A stretch of 20,000 nucleotides of DNA, from assembly GCA_016218805.1 (NCBI GenBank), contig JACRCW010000032.1, positions 53,197 through 73,196 on the forward strand, given 5' to 3'. Positions 1-9,001 of this stretch are shown one piece after another; within the stretch, counting starts at the first letter, position 1, and each line of letters begins with the position of its first letter. The DNA comes from Deltaproteobacteria bacterium. GTDB lineage: Bacteria; Myxococcota; JACRCW01. The notes beneath the pieces were generated by a model. It was not told where the DNA came from and did not search any database. It was given only the letters and a program-made list of their open reading frames with translations. Position numbers and translations under genes: made by a program.

Positions 1-1083
1 GTTCTTCCAGCCCAGGTAGAAGAACGTGTCCAGCTCGCCCGGATCGCTCAGTTGGCGCCCGCTGTCGTCGAGAATGGGCGATGCGCTCACGTGCATCCGG
101 TACAGCGTGTCTGGCACGAACCGGCCGCGCAGTTGCACGCGGCTGCCGTACGTCTCAAAGCGCAGGTCAGGAACCGCGGGCTCCAGGCGCACCAGGCGCT
201 TGAGCGTGGTGAGCGTAAGACCGGCAACCGGGGCGGAGAAGACCAGTTGCGGTTGTTCGCCCGCGTTGCCGCACGCCAGCGCCAGATCACGCGGAACGCT
301 GGCGCGCCCAACGAGCGGGAAGCTGGCGTTGCCGCACGTGATGGATTCCAGGTGGAACGGACGGCGCGTGGTGAGGCGGCCGGTCCACAGGACCTTGTCC
401 TCGTCACCCAGCGCCAGGCTGATGGAGACCGTGAGGCGGCGTCCTTCAGGAATGTCCTGGTCCAGTGTGATGGCGTACACGGCGGGGTCGCGCTCCCGCG
501 CGCGCGGCAACTGCGTGAGCGAAAACTCACCGATGACCCGGCGCGAGGAATCTGACAGGCCGGGGAGTTCGGCGACGTCCAGGCGGATCATCTGGCGCAG
601 GGCCTGGAGCGGCAGCGCCTGCGGGAAGGTCAGCGTGAGGGTGCGGAACGGGCGCAGGTCATTACTGCCGGACGACGGCGACATGGCCGACGGTGCGCTC
701 ATCATGGTGGCCAGCACGCGGCGCGCGCCCTGGGCCTCGACGGCAAAGCGCTTGAGCGGCGGCCACGCCTCAGCCGGGCGGAACTGGAGGGTCTTGCGGT
801 CCGCCCACGCGTACTGCCCGGGCCACGTGGGTGAGATCTTCATGTGCTTCTCGCCGTCGTCAGCCGGGCCCGCACCGGGGCCGACGTTGTCGGAGAAGTA
901 CACGGTGATGGGATCGAACCCGCGCAGGAACTGCTCAGGCAGGACCTGTGTGCCGCCGGCGGGGCGTTGGCCCTGGTCCGCGGGACGGTAATCCTGCGCG
1001 TGCGCGGTCAGCGCAAAGATGAACGGCGCGGCCACGAGCATGGCACGGCGACGCGAAGCGGTGGTTCCGGGAAGGCGGCTCAC
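1..1083 (-). CDS. N-terminal part (361 codons, runs off the window) of a probable bacterial alpha-2-macroglobulin-family / Ig-like domain secreted protein
   Basis: Hand translation of the minus strand from GTG at 1083 (GGAGG 6 nt upstream; GTGA overlap with the upstream stop) is open to position 1: MSRLPGTTASRRRAMLVAAPFIFALTAHA-QDY...DPITVYFSD...MKISPTWPGQYAWADRKTLQFRPAEAWPP...FVPDTLYRMHV...ILDDSGRQLSDP...FFYLGWKN. It has a signal peptide ending AHA. The ISP-x2-G-x3-W-x4-LxFxP and PDTxY...DxxGxxL patterns are typical of the Ig-like domains at the start of bacterial A2M proteins. The diagnostic MG/thioester domains would lie outside the window, so the family call is inference. Confidence 0.7.
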   Translation of the reverse strand, partial: MSRLPGTTASRRRAMLVAAPFIFALTAHAQDYRPADQGQRPAGGTQVLPEQFLRGFDPITVYFSDNVGPGAGPADDGEKHMKISPTWPGQYAWADRKTLQFRPAEAWPPLKRFAVEAQGARRVLATMMSAPSAMSPSSGSNDLRPFRTLTLTFPQALPLQALRQMIRLDVAELPGLSDSSRRVIGEFSLTQLPRARERDPAVYAITLDQDIPEGRRLTVSISLALGDEDKVLWTGRLTTRRPFHLESITCGNASFPLVGRASVPRDLALACGNAGEQPQLVFSAPVAGLTLTTLKRLVRLEPAVPDLRFETYGSRVQLRGRFVPDTLYRMHVSASPILDDSGRQLSDPGELDTFFYLGWKN

Positions 1084-4000
1084 GGCTGGCCTCCAATGCG
1101 CTGGAAGAAATCACGCACATAGTCGTCAGGAACGGCCATCTTTGCCCCGGCCAGGCCCAGCAGAACGGGCCGGAAGCGCGTGGCCTTTGCCGACGACGGC
1201 GCCTGGATGCTGAGCACGTAGGTGCCTGCTTCCAGCGCCAGGTATTGCTGGCAGCCTTCGCCGAGCGGACGGTGCGCGGCGTCAAGGACGCGGCATTCCA
1301 GCGTCTCACCCGGCACCTGCAGCCCCAGGCCGATGCGGCCGGCGGAGGCGGTGCGGAAACGGTAGAGGCGGGTTTCGCCGGGGCCGATGAAGCGCTCCGC
1401 GCCCACGCCGTCAGCCAGCGTCTCCACGGGCTCGGCCGTCCAGGACGCAAGGCCCGCGGTCGGTTCGCCGGCAAACGGCCGGACGACCCAGCGGTAGCTG
1501 CCCGGTCCGAGCAGGCGGTCCACCGCGCAGCCGTCAAGTCCCTCGACGGAGATGGGTTCATTGCCGGACCACAGCGCGCACACGCCGCTGTCGGACCGGA
1601 GGTGCACCACGGCCTCCTTGTCGACGGTGAGGAGGCGCTCCAGGGTGGCGCCAGCCAGGGCCAGCGCGTGCGCGGGCGGCATGGCGGCAGGTGAACGGCC
1701 CGCGGCGGGCGCGGTGCCGAGCCGGGCGCGCTGCAGCGCGCCGGGGGCGTGCACCAAGGCGCGCCAGGGTCCGCGGCCGTGTTCAATCTCCAACACCGCG
1801 CCAACATTCTCGGGCAGCGGCGCGGAACATGAGGGCACGCGGACGCCGTCATCACGGCGCAGCATGCAGCGCGCGTCCCCTTCCACCGTCACCTGGCGTG
1901 CGGCTGAGACGGGGCTGATGTTCGCCCGTGCAATTCCCGCCCGGCGTGACCGTTCTTCCAGCAGCGAATCCAGCGTCACCACCCGCGCCGCGGCGGGCAA
2001 GCGCACCAGCGAGTACTCCGCGCGCGAGCCCGCCTCACCGACGAACACGACGTCACCGCCAGTTCCCTCCAGGCGGCAGTCCATCATGCCCGTGGCCGGC
2101 GCGCACACGTCCAACGCGCGGCCGGTGGAGTCCAGCGCAATGGCCCACGTGTTGGACGGGACCACGGCCCCCAGGCGCCACGCTTCCTTGGGCATGCTGT
2201 ACCGCGCGGCGTCCCCCTTCCACGTCACAAATCCCTGGCCAGCATCCAGCGGCCGCGTGTCCGACGGGAACGGCACGGATGACCACGTCCAGTCCGCCTG
2301 CACGGGACGCGCGCTCCACAAGCGGACCACCGCGTCCGTGGCCACGCCGCTCACCGCGGCGCAGGACTGGTCGCGCAGCTCGCGGGCACCGCCGCCAACG
2401 GCGCAGGCCGGTTCCGCGGGTTCGCCCGGTGGGGTGCGTGCCTGCACCAGGAACAACGACGCCGCGGGAGCCGTCACGCGCTGGATCCACCGGAGCTCCG
2501 CCAGGGTCAACCGGCGCGTGGTCGCTGTCGTCGAGGACAGTGCCTCCTCAGCCAGGTCCAGGCGCCCTTCGGCCTTGCCCGGCACCGCCCACGTGACCTT
2601 GCCCACGTCAAGGGACGCCGCGGGACCGCAGTTGCGCATGAGCCCGCGCGCGTTGTCTTCCAGGCAGTACGCCCGGGCCGCGGTGCGGAAGCGTCCGGCG
2701 CGGGTGACCTCTGCGCGCACCGCAGAGCCCGCAGGCACGGTCCCGCCCGCCCACGCCACCACGTTCTTGGTAGACACCAGCGCTTTCACGGTGGTGCCGC
2801 TGCCCAGCGTCCACAGGCGGAGGCGAACCGGTGCGACGATACGCAGCGGGACCACGCACTCCTTGACGTCAGCGGAGCGCAGCAGCACGCGGCCGCCGGC
2901 GTCCTCTACGGCGCACGAGAACGCGGCGGGGGCGGAGAACACGTATTCCTGCACCACGTCCCCCGCGGGCGGTTGCACCAGGTGGGTCACCACCTGGCCG
3001 GCCAGCTTCAACGCCGTCCCATCCGCCAGCGTGGCGAGCTCCTCCACGCGCGGCGAGCCCACGTGGATGGTGGTGGTGCCGGGCTGCAGCGTCTGGCTCT
3101 CCAGCACCAGGCGGTAGACACCGGCCACCATCGGTTCAGCCAGCGCGCAGTTCCAATCCGCGCCCTGGTCCGCGGATTCCGCAACCAGTCGGCCCGTCGC
3201 ATCGAACAGGCGGCAGCGCACGTCGGTGGAGCCCTCGGAGCGGAACTGCAGCACGCCCGCGGTCTGCATACGCAGCGCGTACTCGCCGGGAACGGTGAGT
3301 TCACGCTTCACGCCGGGCATGAGTTGCTGGCTGGCCACGGTCACGCGGTAGGCAATGTTGACGTCGCCACGGGCGTGCTCCGCCACCAGTTTGTAGCGTC
3401 CCGCCGGCAGGTCCACCCGCTGGCCGCGCGGCTTGGCGGGCATGGGGGGCGGCGGTGCGCGGGGCGCGTAGCGCGGCGCGGGGGCGGGCGCCTCTTCGCT
3501 GCCTTCGCCTTCGCCGCTGTCGCCTTCAGAGTAGGTCTCGCCGCCCTCACTCTCACCGGAGTACTCGGCCATTCCCTCGTCGGGCGGGGCCTCTTCAGCG
3601 GGCGGCTCGTCGGTCGGCTCCGGTGGCATCTCCTGGGGCGCAATCACCTCCACCGGGCGCGGGTTCTTCGCGTCCGCCACGTCGTAGAGCCGGCCCTGCA
3701 TCCCCGCGGTCAACTCAATGTCCACGGGCGCATCCGCCGCCATGTCAAAGTTGAATTCGTCCTTGCCGTCTTTCCCCAGCTGCGCGTTGTACGGCGTGTT
3801 GAGCGCCAGCGTGTGCGCCTTGTTGCCGGCCAGCACCACGGATTCCTTCACGCGCTGGAGCTGCGTGCGCCGCATGCTCTCCACCGTCAGCGGCATCTGC
3901 GTCCACAGGTAGGAACCCTTCTCCAGCCAGCCCGTGCGCTCGCACGCCATGGGCACCGGCATCACCGGCCAACCGTCCGTGTCATCCAGCCGGCACTGGA

Positions 4001-6350
4001 ACGAAGCGTTCTGTGCCGTGGTCCCCAACACGTGGCTGGCACTGCGTTTCACGGTGAGCTTCTGCTGCACCAGGTCGCCGGCCTCGGCGCGGAAGAACGC
4101 CTCGCCGTCGGCGTTGACCGCGGCCATGGTCTTCACGGAGCGCCGCGTGAGCGTGACCCCCGTGCGGCCGCGTGACAGCCCTTCCGTGCGGACGGTGAGC
4201 AGGTAACGGCCGGGGCGCAGGTAACCCTGCACCAGGCAGTTGTGCCCGCGGCCGCCGCGCACGTCGTCGGCCAGGCGCGTGACCAGCGGCGTGCGGATGG
4301 TGCAGCGCGTGGTCAGCAGGCCCAGCGTGGTCACGTGGTAGAGGCCCGCGTCCTTCACGTCGAACAGCAGGGACCGCGCTTCCTCTCGTCCGTAGTCGAA
4401 GAACAGCGTCTTGCCGGGCTCCAGCACCGGCAGCACCGGTGGCGTGGGACTGTAGGACGCCAGCGCCGGTGAGATGGAGCGCGGCGTTGGGCGCACAACG
4501 CTGACGGTGATGGAGCTCTTGCCCGGGTTCTCCAGGATGATGGTGTCACCGGTCTGCGTGGCGGGGAGCACGCACCGCCCGGTGGCGGCATCCGCGGCGC
4601 CACCGCCCTGCATGGCGCACTTGAACGGCACGCCGCCCACGCTGGCCGCCTGGATGACGGTGCCCGGGCCCAGCGCCAGCTTTGCAGTGGCGCCCGGTTC
4701 CAGCTGCACGGGAAGCGCCTGGTCAAACGCCAACGGCAGCCGCCGCACGTACAGGCCGCGCGCCACCGCGTTGCCTGAGCGGTTGAACACCAGCTCATAC
4801 AGCCCGCCGGACGACAGGCTCACACCGGTGATCTGGCAGGTCGTCTTGGCGGCGGTCTCGCCCGTCGCTTCCGTGTTGAACAGGAAGCCCTCCTTGGCAA
4901 TGCGCAGGCGCTCAATCCCCTCCACGCCGCCATAGAGTTTCAATTCGTACCGGCCCGCGGTCAGCAGCTTGGTTGCATCACACGTGACGGCCTCGGGAGC
5001 CGGGTCCACAACGACCTCAGCCTTGTTTCCGGTGAGCTTTACCAGCGAGCACCGGCTCTTGCGCTGTCCGGACGTGGTGACCCGGTAGCGACCCCACTCG
5101 GTGATCTCAAACCAGACCGTCTCGCCCGACGCGTTGTAGTTGAACGCGCGTTCAAACGGCCGGCCGGGGCTCACCTGCAGGAAGTCAGCCGCAATGGGGT
5201 CACCCGGCACGCCGTTGACAACGGGGCGCAGCAGGCACGCCAGCGGGGCACTGTCACGGTCCGCCGGAACGTCGTGCGTGGCGACGAGGTGGTTGCCCGA
5301 GTGGGCCGGGCGGAACATCGCCGACTGGCGCGGCGAATCGTGGAACCCGTCGAGGTTGGACTCGGACCAGCCCCAGGGGACCCAGCGCACCTCCACGTTG
5401 GTGCCCGGTTCACCGCGGATCCACGCCGCGTTGCGGTTGGCGTGCGAACGCACCGCGCACTCGCGCACCAGCGCGGCGGGGGCCACCACGCAGTTGGACT
5501 CCGCCGAGGACAGTCCCACGCCTTCCAACGACAGCGACGACAGGCCCAGCGTGACGGGCAGCCGCGGGTTTCCCTGCACCGCGAGCACGGCCATCGCCGC
5601 ACCGTCAGGAATGCGCCATGCCTGGTAGCCGGATGCGGGAATGGTGGCCGCAACGCCGCGCTCCGGCGGACCGGCGGGCGCGGCCAGTGACACGGTCAGA
5701 TCATCTGCATCCTGCCCGCGCGACCACTCCACCGGGGAGGTGCCGTACACGACGACGAGGTAGTCCCCCGGTTCCATGACGCGATCCAGCCACCACTCCT
5801 GGATGCCCTGGCCCGGGCGCACCACCTGGGTGGCGGAGGATGGCTCCGCCTCGTCCAGCCAGCGGCCCTCGCGCCACACGCGCACCATCCCCGCCGTGCG
5901 CCCCGCCACGCGCAATGAGACGGCCTGCTCCTTGGTTGCCGTGATCCACCAGGAGGCCTGCTTGCCCTCCGGGAGGCGCGTTTCCACGGTGACACCGGGC
6001 ACCAGGCGGGTCACCGGTTGGTTGAGCTCCGGGAACTCCACCGCGGTGACCCGCGCCTGGCCCTTGGCCTTCTGCGTGCCGTGGACGCGCAGCTTGTACG
6101 TGCCCGCGTCCAGCAGCTGGTCCATCCGGCAGTTGCGCTTGCCCACCTGTCCCGCACGCGCAAACGGGCCGCGCACGTGGTCCACCAGCGTGCACCCGCT
6201 TCCCGCCGCGCTGCGTGCATCCAGCCGCACCATGGCAGGGCGCTCCAGCGTGATGATGACGTCGTGGTCACCCGCGGCCGGCACGGCCTCCGGCACCACG
6301 GTGACCGCCTGTGCCAGCAGCGGGAGGAGCAACAGCGCAGCAGCGTTCAT
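1080..6350 (-). CDS. Giant secreted protein (1756 aa) made of repeated PPC-like beta-sandwich modules with Cys pairs; function unknown
   Basis: Longest ORF in the track (1080..6431). Start moved to ATG 6350, which has AAGGAAGG upstream and gives a signal peptide MNAAALLLLPLLAQA. Recurring pattern C-x-L...C...L-x-(A/P)G-x-Y-x-L. Acidic/Pro-rich insertion at 3429-3629. Confidence 0.85.
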   Translation of the reverse strand: MNAAALLLLPLLAQAVTVVPEAVPAAGDHDVIITLERPAMVRLDARSAAGSGCTLVDHVRGPFARAGQVGKRNCRMDQLLDAGTYKLRVHGTQKAKGQARVTAVEFPELNQPVTRLVPGVTVETRLPEGKQASWWITATKEQAVSLRVAGRTAGMVRVWREGRWLDEAEPSSATQVVRPGQGIQEWWLDRVMEPGDYLVVVYGTSPVEWSRGQDADDLTVSLAAPAGPPERGVAATIPASGYQAWRIPDGAAMAVLAVQGNPRLPVTLGLSSLSLEGVGLSSAESNCVVAPAALVRECAVRSHANRNAAWIRGEPGTNVEVRWVPWGWSESNLDGFHDSPRQSAMFRPAHSGNHLVATHDVPADRDSAPLACLLRPVVNGVPGDPIAADFLQVSPGRPFERAFNYNASGETVWFEITEWGRYRVTTSGQRKSRCSLVKLTGNKAEVVVDPAPEAVTCDATKLLTAGRYELKLYGGVEGIERLRIAKEGFLFNTEATGETAAKTTCQITGVSLSSGGLYELVFNRSGNAVARGLYVRRLPLAFDQALPVQLEPGATAKLALGPGTVIQAASVGGVPFKCAMQGGGAADAATGRCVLPATQTGDTIILENPGKSSITVSVVRPTPRSISPALASYSPTPPVLPVLEPGKTLFFDYGREEARSLLFDVKDAGLYHVTTLGLLTTRCTIRTPLVTRLADDVRGGRGHNCLVQGYLRPGRYLLTVRTEGLSRGRTGVTLTRRSVKTMAAVNADGEAFFRAEAGDLVQQKLTVKRSASHVLGTTAQNASFQCRLDDTDGWPVMPVPMACERTGWLEKGSYLWTQMPLTVESMRRTQLQRVKESVVLAGNKAHTLALNTPYNAQLGKDGKDEFNFDMAADAPVDIELTAGMQGRLYDVADAKNPRPVEVIAPQEMPPEPTDEPPAEEAPPDEGMAEYSGESEGGETYSEGDSGEGEGSEEAPAPAPRYAPRAPPPPMPAKPRGQRVDLPAGRYKLVAEHARGDVNIAYRVTVASQQLMPGVKRELTVPGEYALRMQTAGVLQFRSEGSTDVRCRLFDATGRLVAESADQGADWNCALAEPMVAGVYRLVLESQTLQPGTTTIHVGSPRVEELATLADGTALKLAGQVVTHLVQPPAGDVVQEYVFSAPAAFSCAVEDAGGRVLLRSADVKECVVPLRIVAPVRLRLWTLGSGTTVKALVSTKNVVAWAGGTVPAGSAVRAEVTRAGRFRTAARAYCLEDNARGLMRNCGPAASLDVGKVTWAVPGKAEGRLDLAEEALSSTTATTRRLTLAELRWIQRVTAPAASLFLVQARTPPGEPAEPACAVGGGARELRDQSCAAVSGVATDAVVRLWSARPVQADWTWSSVPFPSDTRPLDAGQGFVTWKGDAARYSMPKEAWRLGAVVPSNTWAIALDSTGRALDVCAPATGMMDCRLEGTGGDVVFVGEAGSRAEYSLVRLPAAARVVTLDSLLEERSRRAGIARANISPVSAARQVTVEGDARCMLRRDDGVRVPSCSAPLPENVGAVLEIEHGRGPWRALVHAPGALQRARLGTAPAAGRSPAAMPPAHALALAGATLERLLTVDKEAVVHLRSDSGVCALWSGNEPISVEGLDGCAVDRLLGPGSYRWVVRPFAGEPTAGLASWTAEPVETLADGVGAERFIGPGETRLYRFRTASAGRIGLGLQVPGETLECRVLDAAHRPLGEGCQQYLALEAGTYVLSIQAPSSAKATRFRPVLLGLAGAKMAVPDDYVRDFFQRIGGQP

Positions 6351-6634
6351 GCGAGGCCTTCCTTGCGGGATCACCCGGAGCCCGCGCGGGGAGGAACCAT
6401 ACGGAGGCGGCCCGGGCGCCATGCAACGCACGGGAGTGGGAGCAGGTCTCCTTGACGGGAGGGTGCGCCATGACGCTTCCGGGCCGGCCTCGACGGGTTG
6501 CTGTGCAACGGCGGCGCCAACCTGCGTCTGCCCCGGGGCGCCTCCACGTGCCGTGCTCTGCGGATCGCAGCAAACGCGCTGCGGTCCGTTGCGCGGGCTG
6601 GCGACGCGCCGCCGCCCAAGCTACACGGGCCCAC

Positions 6635-7348
6635 ATGTCCAGCTTCCGGGGATTCGTCCTCGCCCTGTTGTGCGGCGCTGTCGCGTACGGTTGTGGCATC
6701 CGCCCCAGGTCCTTCAACGGCGTGACGGTGAGCGGTTCCGTGAAGGACGCGCTGTACCGGACGCCCGTCCCCAACACGGAAGTGTGCATCATTGAGCCGG
6801 ACCTGGGCTGCACACACACCAACCCGCTGGGCGAATTCGACTTCATTGACGTGCCGCCGCGTTCACGCCTGCTCGTGCGCTTCCTGCGTGGCGGCTACTA
6901 CCCCAACGTGGCGCACTACTCCGTGGGTGACGGGGATGAGTTCCTCACTTACCTGCTCACCAGCGAGCAGCTCAGTGACCTGGCCGCGGAGTTGGCGCAC
7001 GTCCGCCGGGACGACGCCATGTCCATCATCGTCTTCAGCGCGCGCACCGGCCGCGGGCCGGACGCGGAGAACGTGGAGGATGTCGCCGTGTCGCTGGAGC
7101 CGGCGCAGGGTGACGGACCTTTCTACGCGGTGCAGAACGGGTTTGATGACAGCCGCACCGCCACCACGTCCGTGGGCGGCGGGGTGATCTTCAACGTTCC
7201 GCCGGGCACGGCCACGGTGCGCTACACGCACGCGGACCGCCGGTGCGCCCCGTATTACGGCTGGGAGGGCCCGGACGCGGGCACGCTGACCGTGCGCCTG
7301 CTGGAGGGCTACTCCACGTACATCAGCCAGGTGTGCACGCCGCCGTGA
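6635..7348 (+). CDS. Putative lipoprotein (237 aa) with carboxypeptidase-regulatory-like beta-sandwich domains
   Basis: ATG 6635 gives MSSFRGFVLALLCGAVAYG-C (lipobox-like). VSGSVKDA...PVPNTEVCI...TNPLGEFDFIDVP and IFNVPPGTATVRY resemble CarboxypepD_reg-type domains. The upstream extension in the ORF track is not protein-like. Confidence 0.7.
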   Translation: MSSFRGFVLALLCGAVAYGCGIRPRSFNGVTVSGSVKDALYRTPVPNTEVCIIEPDLGCTHTNPLGEFDFIDVPPRSRLLVRFLRGGYYPNVAHYSVGDGDEFLTYLLTSEQLSDLAAELAHVRRDDAMSIIVFSARTGRGPDAENVEDVAVSLEPAQGDGPFYAVQNGFDDSRTATTSVGGGVIFNVPPGTATVRYTHADRRCAPYYGWEGPDAGTLTVRLLEGYSTYISQVCTPP

Positions 7349-7351
7349 CGG

Positions 7352-9001
7352 TCACGGGTTGCACGTGAAGCTCACCGGCAGCGCCAGGTCCTGCGCGCAG
7401 GACCACGCAGCTTCAAACGCCTCGGCGCCGTAGTCCGGGTTCAGGCCGTTCCCGTCGCTGGGAACGCTGCGGTCCACGCCGTCCGCGCGCAGCGTGCCGG
7501 ACAGGGCGTTCTCCTCCGCGCCTATGGCACCGTTCACCGCCTGCAGCGTGCCGGCGGCCACGGTCACTGCCAGCGCTCCCGCGGCGGAATGGACCCGCAG
7601 CTCACCGTCCGTCCACTGCACGTTGTCAAACCGCGCAATGGGCGAGCTGATGGCGCACTGCCCGCTGCTCTCCGCACGCGCGGTGCGCGGGTGCACCACG
7701 CCCTGCAGGCGGCCGGAGGTCACGGTGAGGCCGGTGTCGTCGGCACTGGTGCCCAGGTGGAAGTCCGTGAAGGTGGCGTCCAGCGTGATGGTGACGGACT
7801 GGTCATCCGCCGGAATGGCGGGGGCCTGCGGGTTACCGGTGAGGGTCCCGTGGATGACCTTGGTGCCGGACACCTCCAGCCCGCCGGAGAACAACGTGCG
7901 GACGCGCTGGCAGTCCGTCGCCACGGTGGAACCTTCGCGGTAGCTCTTCACGCAGCGGGACAGCGTCTGCGTTGCGGTGCCCGCGCCTCCCGCGGTGCCG
8001 GTCACCACCGCGGCCTGTTGCACGGCGTCGGACGCAAAGCCGCAGTCGTGGTCAGCGTTCATGGCGGCCGCCAGGGACCCAAGCAGCTTGATGGTCAGTC
8101 GCGCCGCACCGTCCACCACGCGGGGCGCCAGGTCCGCGCACTGCGTGCTCTCCGGCTGCGCGAGATTCTCCGTGCACGCGTAGCGCTCCTTGAAGCGTGC
8201 CGCGTCGTAGTCCGGATCCAGGACCGCGTCCTCGCCGCGCGTAGGAAGTGCAAACCGCCGGGAGGGTGCGGGCGGTTCAAACGGCGCGCGGATGGCGAGC
8301 GTGATGGAGCCCGTCAGGGCGTTCTCCCCGCCGGGGCCGCGGCCGTTCTGCGCATCCAGGCTGGAGCCCGTCACTTCCAGCAGGAAGTCCAAACGCTCCG
8401 TGTGCAGCCGGAGGTGGCTGGCGCCGTACTGCACCGCGCTGAACTGCGCGTTGGGGGTCGCTATCGCGCAGGCGCCGCTGTCCGCCGCGGCGGCAAGCCC
8501 GGGCCGCACCACGGCGGTGAGTGTGCCGTCCGTGAACTCCAGCGTCTCCGGCCCCGTGCTGTCCGCCACGCGGAAACCCGCCGCGGCGGTCACCTCCAAT
8601 TCCACGCTCACCGCATCCGGCGCATCCGGGATGGCCGGCGTCTCCGCGCCGCCGGACAGCAGGCCATGCACGCGCCGCACGGCGTTGACGACGACGGTTC
8701 CGCGCGCGCGGGTCTCCTCGCCCAGACACGTGGTGCGGATGACCTTCTCCTCCGGCAGCTCAATCCGGCAATCAAGCACGCGCAGCGTGGCGGTTCCCGT
8801 CCGGCCGAGCGCACCGTCGTACTCCACCGCGGCCAGCACCGCGGGGGACTTGAACCCGCACGCGGTGTCGTCGTTCACCAGCGTGGCAATGGCCCCCACG
8901 TTGCGGACGGTGAGGCGCGCAGCGCCCATGGCCACCTGGTCACCCGCAAACAACCCGCAGCCCAGCGGTGCAGCAAGGACGACGGCAACCGCCGCCCTCA
9001 C
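7352..9001 (-). CDS. Putative lipoprotein (549 aa) made of two homologous ~260-aa six-Cys domains; function unknown
   Basis: GTG 9001 overlaps the M28 stop (GTGA) and gives MRAAVAVVLAAPLG-C (lipobox). Internal duplication with both halves starting GAARLT (8926 and 8110). Confidence 0.8.
   Translation of the reverse strand: MRAAVAVVLAAPLGCGLFAGDQVAMGAARLTVRNVGAIATLVNDDTACGFKSPAVLAAVEYDGALGRTGTATLRVLDCRIELPEEKVIRTTCLGEETRARGTVVVNAVRRVHGLLSGGAETPAIPDAPDAVSVELEVTAAAGFRVADSTGPETLEFTDGTLTAVVRPGLAAAADSGACAIATPNAQFSAVQYGASHLRLHTERLDFLLEVTGSSLDAQNGRGPGGENALTGSITLAIRAPFEPPAPSRRFALPTRGEDAVLDPDYDAARFKERYACTENLAQPESTQCADLAPRVVDGAARLTIKLLGSLAAAMNADHDCGFASDAVQQAAVVTGTAGGAGTATQTLSRCVKSYREGSTVATDCQRVRTLFSGGLEVSGTKVIHGTLTGNPQAPAIPADDQSVTITLDATFTDFHLGTSADDTGLTVTSGRLQGVVHPRTARAESSGQCAISSPIARFDNVQWTDGELRVHSAAGALAVTVAAGTLQAVNGAIGAEENALSGTLRADGVDRSVPSDGNGLNPDYGAEAFEAAWSCAQDLALPVSFTCNP

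Noticed and set aside
26..991. 321-aa + strand ORF and other long overlapping ORFs (1552..3117, 2973..4175, 7589..9028, 10305..11870, 11752..13533, 16374..17918, 17940..19415)
   Set aside because: Arg/Ser/Ala-rich, motif-free shadows of well-supported genes on the other strand, as expected at this GC content.
6497..6570. Short palindromes GTTGC-TGT-GCAAC and CTGCG-GAT-CGCAG in the divergent intergenic region
   Set aside because: Five-bp arms are expected by chance and I cannot tie them to a known operator.
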